A DNA stretch of 64,000 nucleotides from a virus (IMGVR_UViG_3300044712_002679:244406-308405); one strand, 5' to 3'; positions 1-10,655 are shown, numbered from the stretch's first letter. Program-made: numbers and translations. Notes: generated by a model not told the origin, from the sequence alone.

Positions 1-2208
1 AAAATACAAGTAATTGAAGACATAAATGAAGATTTTATTTATATTGATCCTGAATTTATTTTGTTTGATGATTCTTTAATACCCTATATTAAAAATTTAT
101 ATAATTTTGATATATTAGTAAAACACACTAATCCAAAAGAACATTTTGGCCCACATCATTTTATTAATAATAATAAAAAGTTATTAAATGATATTAATAT
201 AAATACAGATTTATATGACGATAAATATTTTTGTACTGATATAATAGGCATGAATTTAAAATTTAAAGAAAAATATATTTCAAATGTCAAAAAAATTGAA
301 CAAGTAATAAAAAATAATATGATTAATGGAAATTATAAACATTACAACATTATATTAGATAATTTATTAATTTATTTAACTTATTTAAATAATAATCTTA
401 AAAGTTATGAATTTATTTCACCTGATGATATCGAATTGGGTATTAATTATTGTGCTGATAAATATAAATTTACAATATTTGAAACTAACAATAGCATAAC
501 ACAAAATATAAACCTTGTAAAAAATAAAATTCATAGAGATTTTCCTAATAATTTTATTAATATTGATAATTATGAAAACAATTATAAACCATATAATTAT
601 CATTTCAAATATAAATTGTCATTTTGTGTTTCGTGTATGAATAGGTTAGAATTTTTAAAAAAAACATTATTACACAATTTAAATTTAATTAATTCGTTAA
701 CTGAAACATATAATATTGAATTAGTGCTATTAAATTATAATAGTGAAGATGATATGGATGAATATTTGAATCAAGATATTTTTAAACAATTTATAGATGA
801 TAAAATTTTAATTTACAAAAAAGTTAATAATAAAGATTTTTTCCATAGAACAAATGCTAGAAATATAGCACATTTAGCTGCAACTGGTGATATATTATGT
901 AATTCGGATGTTGATTGTTATCTATCCGAAGAATTAATAAAAGAAACATATGATGCTTTCAATGAACACGGTTTAAATAATATAATTTTTTGTGGTTCAA
1001 CAAATTATAATTTTGGATATATTTGCTTGAGTAAATATAATTTTATTTTACTTGATGGTTATAATGAAAATATTTATTATTATGGTGCTGAAGATTATGA
1101 TATTTTAATAAGATTTTGTTTAAAAACAAAAAATAAAATTAAAATATTAGAAAAAGATTATTTGAATTTACTAATAAATCATAATGATTCTTTTAGATCA
1201 ATAACACAATATAATAAATGGACTACAAATTTTGTTAATTCTATACTAGTATATTACAATTTAAAAAACAATATAACTAATCCCAATAATGGCATTTTTG
1301 GTAAAGATGAACACATAAAAATTAAAGATGTATTCAATTATGATTATTTTAATAGGTATGTTTTAAATGATGACGAAATTACTAATATGTGGAATGATAT
1401 AAAAAGTATTAATAATGATAATTGGCTTAATCATATTATAATGAAAAAATTCAATAATTTTTTAGAAAACAATTGTTTAAATCATAAAATTATTGAAATT
1501 ACGACAATGGTTGGTTGTAAAAATATGTGTTTATATTGTCCACAAGATGCATTTTTGAAAAATTATAAAAGTGATGTAAAATATCTTACTGTTGATATTT
1601 GGAAAGATATTTTAAAAAATATAGATAAAAATGTAGAAATTCAATTTTCTGGATTTGCAGAAAATTTTATGAATCCTAATTTTCCATCTATATTAAAATA
1701 TACACATAAAAATGGATATAAAATAACAATATTTACTACATTAGAAGGTTATAATGAAAATATTGATTTATCTGATATTGAAATAAACAATTTATATTTT
1801 CATGAATATAACGGAAAAAGTTTTAATAGAAAAAAATTTTATTCTAATGTTGATAATTTTTTAGCAAATAATAAAATAATAAATTATCATGGCATTTTGA
1901 AAATTGGTCAACAAGAAGAATTCACTCGGGCTAATAATAACAAAAGAAAAAAAACTGAACATAAATTTGGTAAAATTAAATGTAATTTCGGTAAAGATTT
2001 TTTATGGCAACAAAACAATTTACTATTAAATGGTGATGTTTATATTTGTTGTCAAGATTGGGGGTTAAAACATAAAATTGGTAATTTAAAATCTGATAAT
2101 TTGTATTCTAATAATATAAATAATGAACGATTAAAATTACAAAATTTACAATTAATGGAAGATTCTGATATTATTTGTAGAGATTGTGAATTTTCAAAAA
2201 AAATATAA
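1..2208 (+). CDS. 5'-partial at the window edge. Bifunctional glycosyltransferase (GT2-like DxD region) fused to a C-terminal radical SAM domain.
   Basis: The reading frame is open from nt 1, and the ORF track starts at an internal TTG. 'NSDVDCY' is a DxD-like motif. 'GCKNMCLYCPQ' is the CxxxCxxC radical SAM cluster motif. Confidence 0.5.
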   Translation, partial: KIQVIEDINEDFIYIDPEFILFDDSLIPYIKNLYNFDILVKHTNPKEHFGPHHFINNNKKLLNDININTDLYDDKYFCTDIIGMNLKFKEKYISNVKKIEQVIKNNMINGNYKHYNIILDNLLIYLTYLNNNLKSYEFISPDDIELGINYCADKYKFTIFETNNSITQNINLVKNKIHRDFPNNFINIDNYENNYKPYNYHFKYKLSFCVSCMNRLEFLKKTLLHNLNLINSLTETYNIELVLLNYNSEDDMDEYLNQDIFKQFIDDKILIYKKVNNKDFFHRTNARNIAHLAATGDILCNSDVDCYLSEELIKETYDAFNEHGLNNIIFCGSTNYNFGYICLSKYNFILLDGYNENIYYYGAEDYDILIRFCLKTKNKIKILEKDYLNLLINHNDSFRSITQYNKWTTNFVNSILVYYNLKNNITNPNNGIFGKDEHIKIKDVFNYDYFNRYVLNDDEITNMWNDIKSINNDNWLNHIIMKKFNNFLENNCLNHKIIEITTMVGCKNMCLYCPQDAFLKNYKSDVKYLTVDIWKDILKNIDKNVEIQFSGFAENFMNPNFPSILKYTHKNGYKITIFTTLEGYNENIDLSDIEINNLYFHEYNGKSFNRKKFYSNVDNFLANNKIINYHGILKIGQQEEFTRANNNKRKKTEHKFGKIKCNFGKDFLWQQNNLLLNGDVYICCQDWGLKHKIGNLKSDNLYSNNINNERLKLQNLQLMEDSDIICRDCEFSKKI

Positions 2209-2210
2209 TT

Positions 2211-3128
2211 ATGATAACATCTATATTGCATCATGGATTAGGTAATAGATTATATCAAATAATCTATACTATTGAATTAGCTAAAAAATATAATATGAAT
2301 TATTTTTTTAGTGATTATTATACAGATAATATAGAACATAAATTTAATATTCATTATAAAGATAATATTTTTAAAAAATTGTCATTTAATTATGTAGATA
2401 AAATACCATATTTAGATAATAAATATATTTTTGATAAACATAAATTAAAACAAATTAAATCAGACTTTAAACTTAAAAAAGAAAAATTGATAAATATTGA
2501 AGATATTTTTAATTTACTAAATGATAATAATACAGTATTGAATAATGATGAAACATATGTTTTAAATTTTCCACACGACAACCCAAAATCATATTATATT
2601 GAATCTAAATATGTTGATAGATATTTTTATAACGATTTATTTATTGATAAACAAATATTAAATGATATAAAAATAAAATATAACAACAATTTTAAAAATT
2701 CTATATGTATATTAGTTAGAAGAAATGATTATTGTACAAATGAAGATTTGAAACCTAGAGTTAAAGATATACTATATTATTATAAAGGAATAAAAGAAAT
2801 AGAAAAAGAAAAACAAATTGATTATATTTATATCATATCAGATGATTTTAATTGGTGTAAAAAAAATTTAATAGATTCAAGAATAATTTATGTTGATGAT
2901 GTTGATTATAATCAATTTTATTTAGCAACATTATGTGAAAATTTTATAACTGTTGATTCAACATTTATATTTTGGCCAATTGTATTAAGTTTGAATGATA
3001 ATATAATTGTAGTAAGTGAAAAAGATTCTATACATTTTAGCTATAAAGATAAAAGTTGGAATAATGATCTAGTATGGTTTACAGATATTAAATCATTTAA
3101 AAATATATCAAAACATATAACAATATGA
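2211..3128 (+). CDS. GT11-like alpha-1,2-fucosyltransferase
   Basis: N-terminal 'HHGLGNRLYQIIYTIELAKKYN' matches fucosyltransferase motif I (G-L-G-N-Q/R-x-F/Y-Q). The start overlaps the upstream stop. Confidence 0.5.
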   Translation: MITSILHHGLGNRLYQIIYTIELAKKYNMNYFFSDYYTDNIEHKFNIHYKDNIFKKLSFNYVDKIPYLDNKYIFDKHKLKQIKSDFKLKKEKLINIEDIFNLLNDNNTVLNNDETYVLNFPHDNPKSYYIESKYVDRYFYNDLFIDKQILNDIKIKYNNNFKNSICILVRRNDYCTNEDLKPRVKDILYYYKGIKEIEKEKQIDYIYIISDDFNWCKKNLIDSRIIYVDDVDYNQFYLATLCENFITVDSTFIFWPIVLSLNDNIIVVSEKDSIHFSYKDKSWNNDLVWFTDIKSFKNISKHITI

Positions 3129-4168
3129 AAATAATAATAATTACTGGATCATTTGGATTAATTGGCAGTGAAGCTGTCAGTTTTTTTTCAAAAAAATTTG
3201 ATATTGTAATAGGTATTGATAACAATATGCGTGAATATTTCTTTGGAAAAGATGCTTCAGTTTTAAAAAATGAAAAATTATTGAAAGAAAAATATAATAA
3301 TTATATACATTTTAATACTGACATTAGAAATAAAATTGAATTAGAAAAAATATTTAAAGAATATAATACTGATATTAAATTGATAATACATACAGCAGCA
3401 CAACCATCGCATGATTGGGCTGTTAAAGAACCATTCACTGATTTTTCAATCAATGCAATAGGAACATTAAATTTATTAGAATTAACTAGACAATATTGTA
3501 CAAAATCTGTTTTTATTTATACTTCAACTAATAAAGTTTATGGTGATAATCCAAATTATTTACCATTAGTAGAATTACAAAATCGTTGGGAAATTGATTC
3601 AAAACATAAGTATAGTTTAAATGGTATTGACGAAACAATGTCAATAGATTATACAAAACATTCGTTGTTTGGTGTTTCTAAATTATCCGCAGATTTATTA
3701 TGCCAAGAATATGGTAAATATTTTAATATGAATGTTGGAATTTTTAGATGTGGTTGTTTAACTGGTGAAAATCATCAAGGTGTCCAATTACACGGATTTA
3801 TATCTTATTTTTTAAAATGTGCAATAAACAATCAAAAATATAATATTTATGGTTATAAAGGTAAACAAGTTAGAGACAATATACATAGTTTTGATTTAAT
3901 AACAGCATTTTGGCATTTTTATAATAATCCATTACTTGGTGAAGTTTTTAATATGGGTGGTGGTAGAAATAATAGTACATCAATATTAGAACTTATCGAA
4001 ATATTAAAAAATGATTTTAATATTAATATGAATTTTAATTATGTTGATATACCTAGAATTGGTGATCATATTTGGTATATTTCAGATTTTAATAAATTTC
4101 AATCAATTTATCCAAATTGGAAACTTACATATAATTTAAAAGATATTATAAAAAATATGATTAAATAA
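3125..4168 (+). CDS. NAD-dependent sugar epimerase/dehydratase (extended SDR)
   Basis: 'IITGSFGLIGSEAV' is a Rossmann GxxGxxG motif. 'YGVSKLSAD' is the YxxxK catalytic motif. Size is typical of GalE or CDP-sugar epimerases. Confidence 0.7.
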   Translation: MKIIIITGSFGLIGSEAVSFFSKKFDIVIGIDNNMREYFFGKDASVLKNEKLLKEKYNNYIHFNTDIRNKIELEKIFKEYNTDIKLIIHTAAQPSHDWAVKEPFTDFSINAIGTLNLLELTRQYCTKSVFIYTSTNKVYGDNPNYLPLVELQNRWEIDSKHKYSLNGIDETMSIDYTKHSLFGVSKLSADLLCQEYGKYFNMNVGIFRCGCLTGENHQGVQLHGFISYFLKCAINNQKYNIYGYKGKQVRDNIHSFDLITAFWHFYNNPLLGEVFNMGGGRNNSTSILELIEILKNDFNINMNFNYVDIPRIGDHIWYISDFNKFQSIYPNWKLTYNLKDIIKNMIK

Positions 4169-5774
4169 TATCTTTATCACGTTTTGCTAATATTGGATAT
4201 TTATCAAGTAATTTCCAGTCTTCGTTCCAAGTTTCCAAATAAGATAATGTTTTAATATTATTTAATTTGCAAATTATACTAAATATTGATTGTGATCTAT
4301 TTTCAATAAATCCAATTAAATTTGGTGATATTGAAGGACTATCATCTGAAAGTGAAAAATTATTATAATAAGAATTTAACCACTGTGTTATTATATTTAT
4401 AGATTTATTACATTTTTTTATAAAAATTATACCCGAACCAATTTGACTTGTTTCTATTATTTCTTTATTATGTCTTACATTAAAATAATCTAAAACATCA
4501 CCCTTTGCCCATTCACATTCAAGAAAATGATGCACATCATACAACGATTTTCCTTGAAAAGCTAATATATCATTTTTATTCGCAATATCAAAATATTCCA
4601 ATAATCTATTATATCCATTTTTATTAATATGACATCCAACATCTGAATATAGTAGAATATCATTATTATTCATTTTATCTAATTCTTGTAATATAATTTG
4701 AGGTTTCCAACACCAATAACCAAATCCACGACTACCATAAATAAGATTATTTTTGAAACGATTAACAAAATCTTTATTTAAATCTTTTTCGTTGTAAATA
4801 GAAATAACATCATAATTCATTTCTTTGGCTTGTCGTTCAATTCTATCTAGGCTATTTTGCATTCTCGAATCAGCAAATGATAAAAATATTTTTTTTTGAT
4901 GAATAAATTGTGTCTTATTAACAATTTTAAATTTTTGTAATATATTTTTTAAATATTTTCTAATGAATAAATCATCAAAAATATTTGACCAATATTGTTT
5001 TGCTTGGCAATTTTTATCCAATATCCATTTACTTTCGTTTTCATAATATGAAAAACATATAAAAATTTTATTGGGATTTTCCATATTTTCTTTAATATGT
5101 GTAAAACAAAACGGACCAGAAGCTCTACCTATAATGACATCAACTTTTGTTGATAAATATGAAATTTCTAATAAATTATTTGAATAATTTAAAATATTAT
5201 TAACTGTTATGATATTGGATTTTTGCAAAAAACTATCATTTGTCATAATAAAAGTTATATTAGGATATATATTTGATAGATAATCTATTATTGGATCAAA
5301 ATCAAAATTTTCGGATTGTCCTGACCATACTGAATTATTACAAACCAACACATATCTTTTATTTGATTGAATAAAATTATCAATATTTTTAGTTTCTATT
5401 TTTTGAAAATCAACAGTTGGTATATAAAATTCCATCGGATTTATACTAATATTTAATTGATTATAAATATCACAAAATAATATATAATTTGACTTTAAAC
5501 TACATCCATATGTTAAATATTTAAAATTTTGTTGTCCTATCCACGTATTAATATACAAATCATCACCGATTTGTATTACAGATGTATCATTATGGGGTGT
5601 ATATTTTCGAATCTGATCGACATCAACATCTTTTAATATAGAAAAATCATTATTATGACAATAATAATGATTAATTCCAAGTTTATTTTTTATGTCTTTT
5701 ATAAATTCTTTTGAATAAAAAACATCACCATTGTGATAATTGTTAAAAAAATATACATTTGATGGTTTATTCAT
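4161..5774 (-). CDS. Two-domain protein. The N-terminal about 280 aa are paralogous to ORF 30463-31308. The C-terminal domain carries a W-x-W/DxD-like sugar-transferase-like signature.
   Basis: N-termini are near-identical ('YFFNNYHNGDVFYSKEFIKDIK...VIQIGDDLYINTW'). The C-terminus has 'SRGFGYWCWKPQI...ILLYSDVGCH'. Confidence 0.35.
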   Translation of the reverse strand: MNKPSNVYFFNNYHNGDVFYSKEFIKDIKNKLGINHYYCHNNDFSILKDVDVDQIRKYTPHNDTSVIQIGDDLYINTWIGQQNFKYLTYGCSLKSNYILFCDIYNQLNISINPMEFYIPTVDFQKIETKNIDNFIQSNKRYVLVCNNSVWSGQSENFDFDPIIDYLSNIYPNITFIMTNDSFLQKSNIITVNNILNYSNNLLEISYLSTKVDVIIGRASGPFCFTHIKENMENPNKIFICFSYYENESKWILDKNCQAKQYWSNIFDDLFIRKYLKNILQKFKIVNKTQFIHQKKIFLSFADSRMQNSLDRIERQAKEMNYDVISIYNEKDLNKDFVNRFKNNLIYGSRGFGYWCWKPQIILQELDKMNNNDILLYSDVGCHINKNGYNRLLEYFDIANKNDILAFQGKSLYDVHHFLECEWAKGDVLDYFNVRHNKEIIETSQIGSGIIFIKKCNKSINIITQWLNSYYNNFSLSDDSPSISPNLIGFIENRSQSIFSIICKLNNIKTLSYLETWNEDWKLLDKYPILAKRDKDII

Positions 5775-6738
5775 GAATATTAAATAATATTTTATTATAA
5801 TTATTTATATTTATTTCATATTCATTGATATCATAATTTAATGATAATATAAATGAATTGAAATTTCTTAAATCATTATAAAAAAAACTAAATGGTATAC
5901 CCATTATATCAAATAGTAATATTGGTTTAATATTATTTCTAATACAAGAAGATAACCATAAAGTTTCATCACACCAATTTTCTATTTTAACGAATTCATT
6001 TATAATTTCATAGTCTGTAACAATTTTAGAATTTTTGTTTAATCCAACAATTGATGAATTATACCAATGTTTGATATATTTAGAATAATTATCAAAATCT
6101 ATATTTAATTTTTCAAAAAATATTTTTATATCAGTTCTATTTTCAAATAAATCAATGTTTGATAATTTTTTATCACCAATAAATCTATATAATATTGTTT
6201 CTTCTGGCTTAATTAAGAATGGACATCTTTCATCAACCATTATAATATTATTTGAATTATTTGAATTATTTAAATAATTTGAAATATTTTCATATAAATT
6301 TGGTATATTATATGGATATAAATCTGCATCTTGAATTACAAAATTTGTTTCTATATTTTCATTTAATAAAAAAGTATATTTTGTGCAAAATCCTTCACAA
6401 ATTCTAATTTCAAATAATGTTGGAAGATTAAATAAACTAACAATTTCTGATAACACATTTTTACAATTATCTGTTGTTAATAATACTATTTTTTTAACAT
6501 TTAAAATATCAGTATTTTCTAAAAATCGGCACATACTATGATACCATATATAAATATATGAATAATTAAAATATAATGCCGTATAAATTGTTAAATCTAT
6601 TTTTGGATCATGTATTAAATTGTTAAAATTTTCAAATTTTAATTTTTCATTTTTAAACAAATACAATTTCGGATTAACTTCATTTTGTATTTTTTGTTTT
6701 ATTTCATCTAATATTGGTGAATTTCTTAAATTGTTCAT
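5767..6738 (-). CDS. hypothetical protein
   Basis: Long ORF that overlaps its neighbour by 8 nt. No recognisable motif. Confidence 0.4.
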   Translation of the reverse strand: MNNLRNSPILDEIKQKIQNEVNPKLYLFKNEKLKFENFNNLIHDPKIDLTIYTALYFNYSYIYIWYHSMCRFLENTDILNVKKIVLLTTDNCKNVLSEIVSLFNLPTLFEIRICEGFCTKYTFLLNENIETNFVIQDADLYPYNIPNLYENISNYLNNSNNSNNIIMVDERCPFLIKPEETILYRFIGDKKLSNIDLFENRTDIKIFFEKLNIDFDNYSKYIKHWYNSSIVGLNKNSKIVTDYEIINEFVKIENWCDETLWLSSCIRNNIKPILLFDIMGIPFSFFYNDLRNFNSFILSLNYDINEYEININNYNKILFNIHE

Positions 6739-6818
6739 ATTATTCTTTTATATATATATATAATAAATTAATTTTTAAATTCATTTAATTTATATATAGA
6801 TAAAAATTAAATAATTTA

Positions 6819-8126
6819 ATGAAATTAACTCAAGGTATTCTAAAATATTGCAATATTTACGGTATTACTTTCAATGATAAATATAATGGAATAAAAACCA
6901 TTTTAACTACAGGTGATTATAATTCGACAAACACTAATATTTCACAAACATCAACGATATTATCAACTGATAAAACTTTTTATAATTCTGCATATTCTTG
7001 CACCTGTGTTAATTGTAATGTTGAAATGGGTAGACTTTTTGATTGTACATTAATTGGGTTATCTGGGTATTCAAATTATATTAATGATGGATATTTTAGT
7101 GGTTGTACACTTTCAGGATATATTATAAATGGTGGAAAGTTTGAAAATTGTGTAATAAATGAAAACAACATTTGGAATACTGGACAATGGAACAATTCAA
7201 ATGGTAATACAGATTATATAACTACTTGGAATGGTGGAATATGGGATAGTGGAATTTTTACGGGTTGTTGGTATAGTGGAACATTTAATAATGGAACATT
7301 TAAAAATCCTGGTATTTGGTATAATGGAATAGCTAATGGTGGAACTTTTAGTGGGATAACTTGGTATAATGGATTAGCACGTAATGTAAATTTCTTTGGA
7401 TGTTCTTTAATAACAGGGGTTTTCAATAATGATGATTTTAACTATTGTTATTTTTCAGGTGGAACATATAATGATGGAACAATAACAAACTCTGTAATAA
7501 GTGGTGGAACATATTATAATGTAAATATTTCAGATTGTATAATAGATGGAAATGCTGAATTAAAAAGTTGTTCGATTACAAATATAACAATTAATAATGG
7601 TAGATATTTTAGTGTAAATGGGACAAATTTATTAATTAATGATGGTAATTTTTATAGTGGTAACTATAATAATATATATTTTAATGGTGGTAACATATAT
7701 AATGGCATATACTTAAATATATCAGGGACTTCAATGAATGTCGATATATACAATGGACAATTCAATAAAAGTGTTTTTAATGGTGTTCGAATTCACAATG
7801 GTAACTTTACTAGTTGTTATTCAGCAAATGTGGATTGGGATTATGGTATTTATACTGATGGGCAAATGTATAATAGCAATTGGAAGAATGGATATTGGAA
7901 CGATGGTATATTTTCTATTGGTCAATGTACTTCATCGGGAAGTGTTAGTTCGGGTGATTGCATTTTAGAAGGAATATTGGAAATATCTGGAAATTGGTAT
8001 GATGGTCAATTTTATGGTGGATATTTTTATGGTAATTTTGCTGGTGGAACATTTCATTATGGATATTTAAATGGTGTTTATTATTCTCAGCCATTAACAA
8101 AACCAAAACCTTTCTTAAAAAAATAA
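6819..8126 (+). CDS. Gly/Asn/Tyr-rich repeat protein, probably a beta-helix or fibre-like structural protein
   Basis: Dozens of degenerate repeats of the type 'W(Y)NG..F.G..Y.GTFNNGTF' run along the whole protein. Internal ORFs 7214-7426 and 7738-7968 are repeat artefacts. Confidence 0.5.
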   Translation: MKLTQGILKYCNIYGITFNDKYNGIKTILTTGDYNSTNTNISQTSTILSTDKTFYNSAYSCTCVNCNVEMGRLFDCTLIGLSGYSNYINDGYFSGCTLSGYIINGGKFENCVINENNIWNTGQWNNSNGNTDYITTWNGGIWDSGIFTGCWYSGTFNNGTFKNPGIWYNGIANGGTFSGITWYNGLARNVNFFGCSLITGVFNNDDFNYCYFSGGTYNDGTITNSVISGGTYYNVNISDCIIDGNAELKSCSITNITINNGRYFSVNGTNLLINDGNFYSGNYNNIYFNGGNIYNGIYLNISGTSMNVDIYNGQFNKSVFNGVRIHNGNFTSCYSANVDWDYGIYTDGQMYNSNWKNGYWNDGIFSIGQCTSSGSVSSGDCILEGILEISGNWYDGQFYGGYFYGNFAGGTFHYGYLNGVYYSQPLTKPKPFLKK

Positions 8127-8132
8127 TTTAAA

Positions 8133-8447
8133 ATGATATATATAAAAAACTTTGAAAATACTGATTGGGAAACTAAGCAATATAAGAAATTTGCAATAAA
8201 GAAATTTGATCACAAATATAGAGAAGGTGATGTAGTAAAGGTATATTTACCGAATATGTGCGTAATGGGACCACAAACAATTGATGTGATTGATTATCGC
8301 ACTAACAACAAACCGTATAGAATAATTTTTAAAGGATATAAAAACAAACCTTTACCTCGACGACAAGAAATATTTTGGTTTGGTGATGATGATATTCAAT
8401 TGTGGAATGATTATCTAAAGAACATACCTAGAGATTCAGCTAAATAA
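8133..8447 (+). CDS. hypothetical small protein. N-terminus 'MIYIKNFEN' resembles the MKYIKTFE family.
   Basis: ORF with a family-like N-terminus. Confidence 0.3.
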   Translation: MIYIKNFENTDWETKQYKKFAIKKFDHKYREGDVVKVYLPNMCVMGPQTIDVIDYRTNNKPYRIIFKGYKNKPLPRRQEIFWFGDDDIQLWNDYLKNIPRDSAK

Positions 8448-8496
8448 AATTAAACTTATCTTGCATATTTTTATATAATACTAAAAAATTACATAT

Positions 8497-9303
8497 ATGT
8501 TGAAAATTATTGAATTTATTAAAAAATATTATCCATTCTTATTTTTTGTTATGATAATATTTTTATCTCTTTTTTGGTTTCAAACGTGTTCAACGCTTAA
8601 ACACGAACGAGCTGAATGGAAAGCACAACAAATTATAAATGACCAAAATGTTCATGCTATTTCTGATAGTATTATAGTTGAATTTAATAAAAAGTTAAAA
8701 GCTTGGGAATATTCCAAGGACAATTATGTTGTTCAAAGATTATCAGATTTAGAAGCTTATAACAAAGATTTAGCTAGTCAGCTTAAAAAGGTTAAAGGTG
8801 ATGTTTTAGCTGCAATAAAAACACAAGTTGAAGCTGATCTTGGTGATATAACAGCATCCAACAAATTAGCTATTTTAGATGCAAAATCTAATTATTATGG
8901 GCTAAGATTTAATACAGATTATAAAGATTTAGGTTTAGATCAAGAATTAAGTGGTATGAGTAAATTTTATGTTATTCCTGATGATAAAAATAAAAGTTGG
9001 TATATCAAACCAGATTCAACAGTCATTGATACAAATAGGGTATCAATTAGAGTGACTTATGGATTTAAAGAATTAGACAATAAGTATCAAGTTTTTGCTT
9101 TATCACAATCGCCAAAAGTAACATTAACTGATTTGACAGGTGGGTATTTTATCGACAAACAAATAACACCAATCAAAAAACCTAAAAAATGGGGTATTGG
9201 ACCTTATGCTGGATTTGGTTTAAATACTGCAGCAAATGGAAATGATCCAAGATTTGGATGGAATGTTGGTGTGGCTGTAACTTATGATATTTTTCAATGG
9301 TAA
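8497..9303 (+). CDS. hypothetical membrane-anchored protein
   Basis: N-terminal hydrophobic helix 'YPFLFFVMIIFLSLFWF'. No catalytic motif. Confidence 0.4.
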   Translation: MLKIIEFIKKYYPFLFFVMIIFLSLFWFQTCSTLKHERAEWKAQQIINDQNVHAISDSIIVEFNKKLKAWEYSKDNYVVQRLSDLEAYNKDLASQLKKVKGDVLAAIKTQVEADLGDITASNKLAILDAKSNYYGLRFNTDYKDLGLDQELSGMSKFYVIPDDKNKSWYIKPDSTVIDTNRVSIRVTYGFKELDNKYQVFALSQSPKVTLTDLTGGYFIDKQITPIKKPKKWGIGPYAGFGLNTAANGNDPRFGWNVGVAVTYDIFQW

Positions 9304-9321
9304 AAAAATAATTATACTAAA

Positions 9322-9540
9322 ATGAATTATACAATTAAAGTTTATTTAGATGATGGTAGAATTTTCAAATACAATGTTGATTCTGCTGATAAAGTTAGAG
9401 AACACGCAAGTGCTATTATTAGTGGTGGATATCGACATAATGATGGAAAAATATTTGAACATTATCCACCACATAGAATATTAAAAATAAAAAGTTCTGA
9501 TATTCCAACTAATTATAAAGATGAAGTAGAAGGAACATAA
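9322..9540 (+). CDS. hypothetical small protein
   Basis: ORF followed immediately by a perfect hairpin at 9553-9574. Confidence 0.3.
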   Translation: MNYTIKVYLDDGRIFKYNVDSADKVREHASAIISGGYRHNDGKIFEHYPPHRILKIKSSDIPTNYKDEVEGT

Positions 9541-9552
9541 ATGGTGATATAT

Positions 9553-9574
9553 AGGAATTAAGAAATTAATTCCT
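9553..9574. terminator. 3' hairpin (AGGAATTAA-GAAA-TTAATTCCT)
   Basis: Perfect 9-bp stem with a 4-nt loop, 13 nt after the stop of 9322-9540. Confidence 0.45.
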
Positions 9575-9734
9575 TTTTCATTTTAGCATAATTACATGTA
9601 TCATAATTAAGTACATAATAATTCACTAAAATACATTTAGGTGCATCTTCTTTTGATTTTTCAAAATAAATACAGTTACAACAAGTAATAATTTCTTTAT
9701 CCATATTATATATATTAAATTTTAATTTTTAATT

Positions 9735-10043
9735 ATGATTCAAAAAGGTGATATAGTTTTTTTAATGCAGCCAAAAAATATTTGTACATTAGAAATAAAT
9801 AAACCATATCGTGTTTATCATAAATATCACGATCTGATTGCAATAGAAGGTGACATTATTATTGGTGATGATGTTGATGATGATGATTATAATTTTGATA
9901 CTGATAATTTATTTAAACGTGATGAACGATATTATTATTATAATGAATTGCGATTTAAAAAAGATATTAGATTAGAACGAAAATTAAAATTATCAAAAAT
10001 TTCAAAAGTACGAAACGATACATTTTCGTCACAAAAAACATGA
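9735..10043 (+). CDS. hypothetical acidic protein
   Basis: ORF containing a poly-Asp stretch. Confidence 0.3.
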   Translation: MIQKGDIVFLMQPKNICTLEINKPYRVYHKYHDLIAIEGDIIIGDDVDDDDYNFDTDNLFKRDERYYYYNELRFKKDIRLERKLKLSKISKVRNDTFSSQKT

Positions 10044-10161
10044 CTTTCATAACACAAATTTGGTGTTTAATCAAAAAAAGATAAAAAAAGATAAAAAAAC
10101 GTGACTTTTCACATATTTTTGTGATATATAGTAAGAAATTATTAAAAATATTACAAAAACT

Positions 10162-10629
10162 ATGCGACGAATTACAACATTTTTATTTTTTTTATTTATG
10201 ATTATTGGTCTAAATTTAAATGCACAAACAAATTTACCTATTAATTTTAAAACAACAGAACAAAGTACAACCAAACCGGATGATGATGATGGTGAATTGT
10301 ATTTTACTCGTTATTATATAGCACAACCAATAAATGTAATTTTTACAGGTTATGTTTTGAATATGTTTACTGATAAGGGGAAAATTATTTTAAAAAAGAA
10401 TGTAAAATCTTATTCAAAAATAGTTCAAAATGAAGATGGTGTTGTCGAAAAATGGATATTAAATGTATCATCAAATGATAGTTTAACAAGATATGATACT
10501 ATACAAATTATAATTGATCATAGATATAAATGGAAGCAATATCAAGTAATATTACCAACAAAAGATATTTATGGTGAAAATTATACATCATATCGTAAAT
10601 TTACTGATGAAGAATTAGCATTAAAATAA
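10162..10629 (+). CDS. secreted hypothetical protein
   Basis: Sec-type signal peptide 'MRRITTFLFFLFMIIGLNLNAQT'. Confidence 0.45.
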   Translation: MRRITTFLFFLFMIIGLNLNAQTNLPINFKTTEQSTTKPDDDDGELYFTRYYIAQPINVIFTGYVLNMFTDKGKIILKKNVKSYSKIVQNEDGVVEKWILNVSSNDSLTRYDTIQIIIDHRYKWKQYQVILPTKDIYGENYTSYRKFTDEELALK

Positions 10630-10655
10630 AAAAAGTCTCAAATTTGAGACTTTTT
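10630..10655. terminator. perfect 13-bp palindromic hairpin AAAAAGTCTCAAA/TTTGAGACTTTTT
   Basis: Begins at the first nt after the stop codon of 10162-10629. Confidence 0.55.

Noticed and set aside
418-2581. Small antisense ORFs 418-603, 2052-2234 and 2390-2581
   Set aside because: Fully embedded antisense within longer, motif-supported genes in AT-rich DNA. Typical spurious ORFs.
7214-7968. ORFs 7214-7426 (-) and 7738-7968 (+) from the six-frame track
   Set aside because: They lie inside the repeat-protein gene and are low-complexity translations of repeat DNA. Shadow ORFs.
6819-8126. Possible CRISPR-like periodicity in the repetitive DNA
   Set aside because: The repeats are degenerate, in-frame and coding (G/N/Y-rich protein). 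They are not identical direct repeats with unique spacers.
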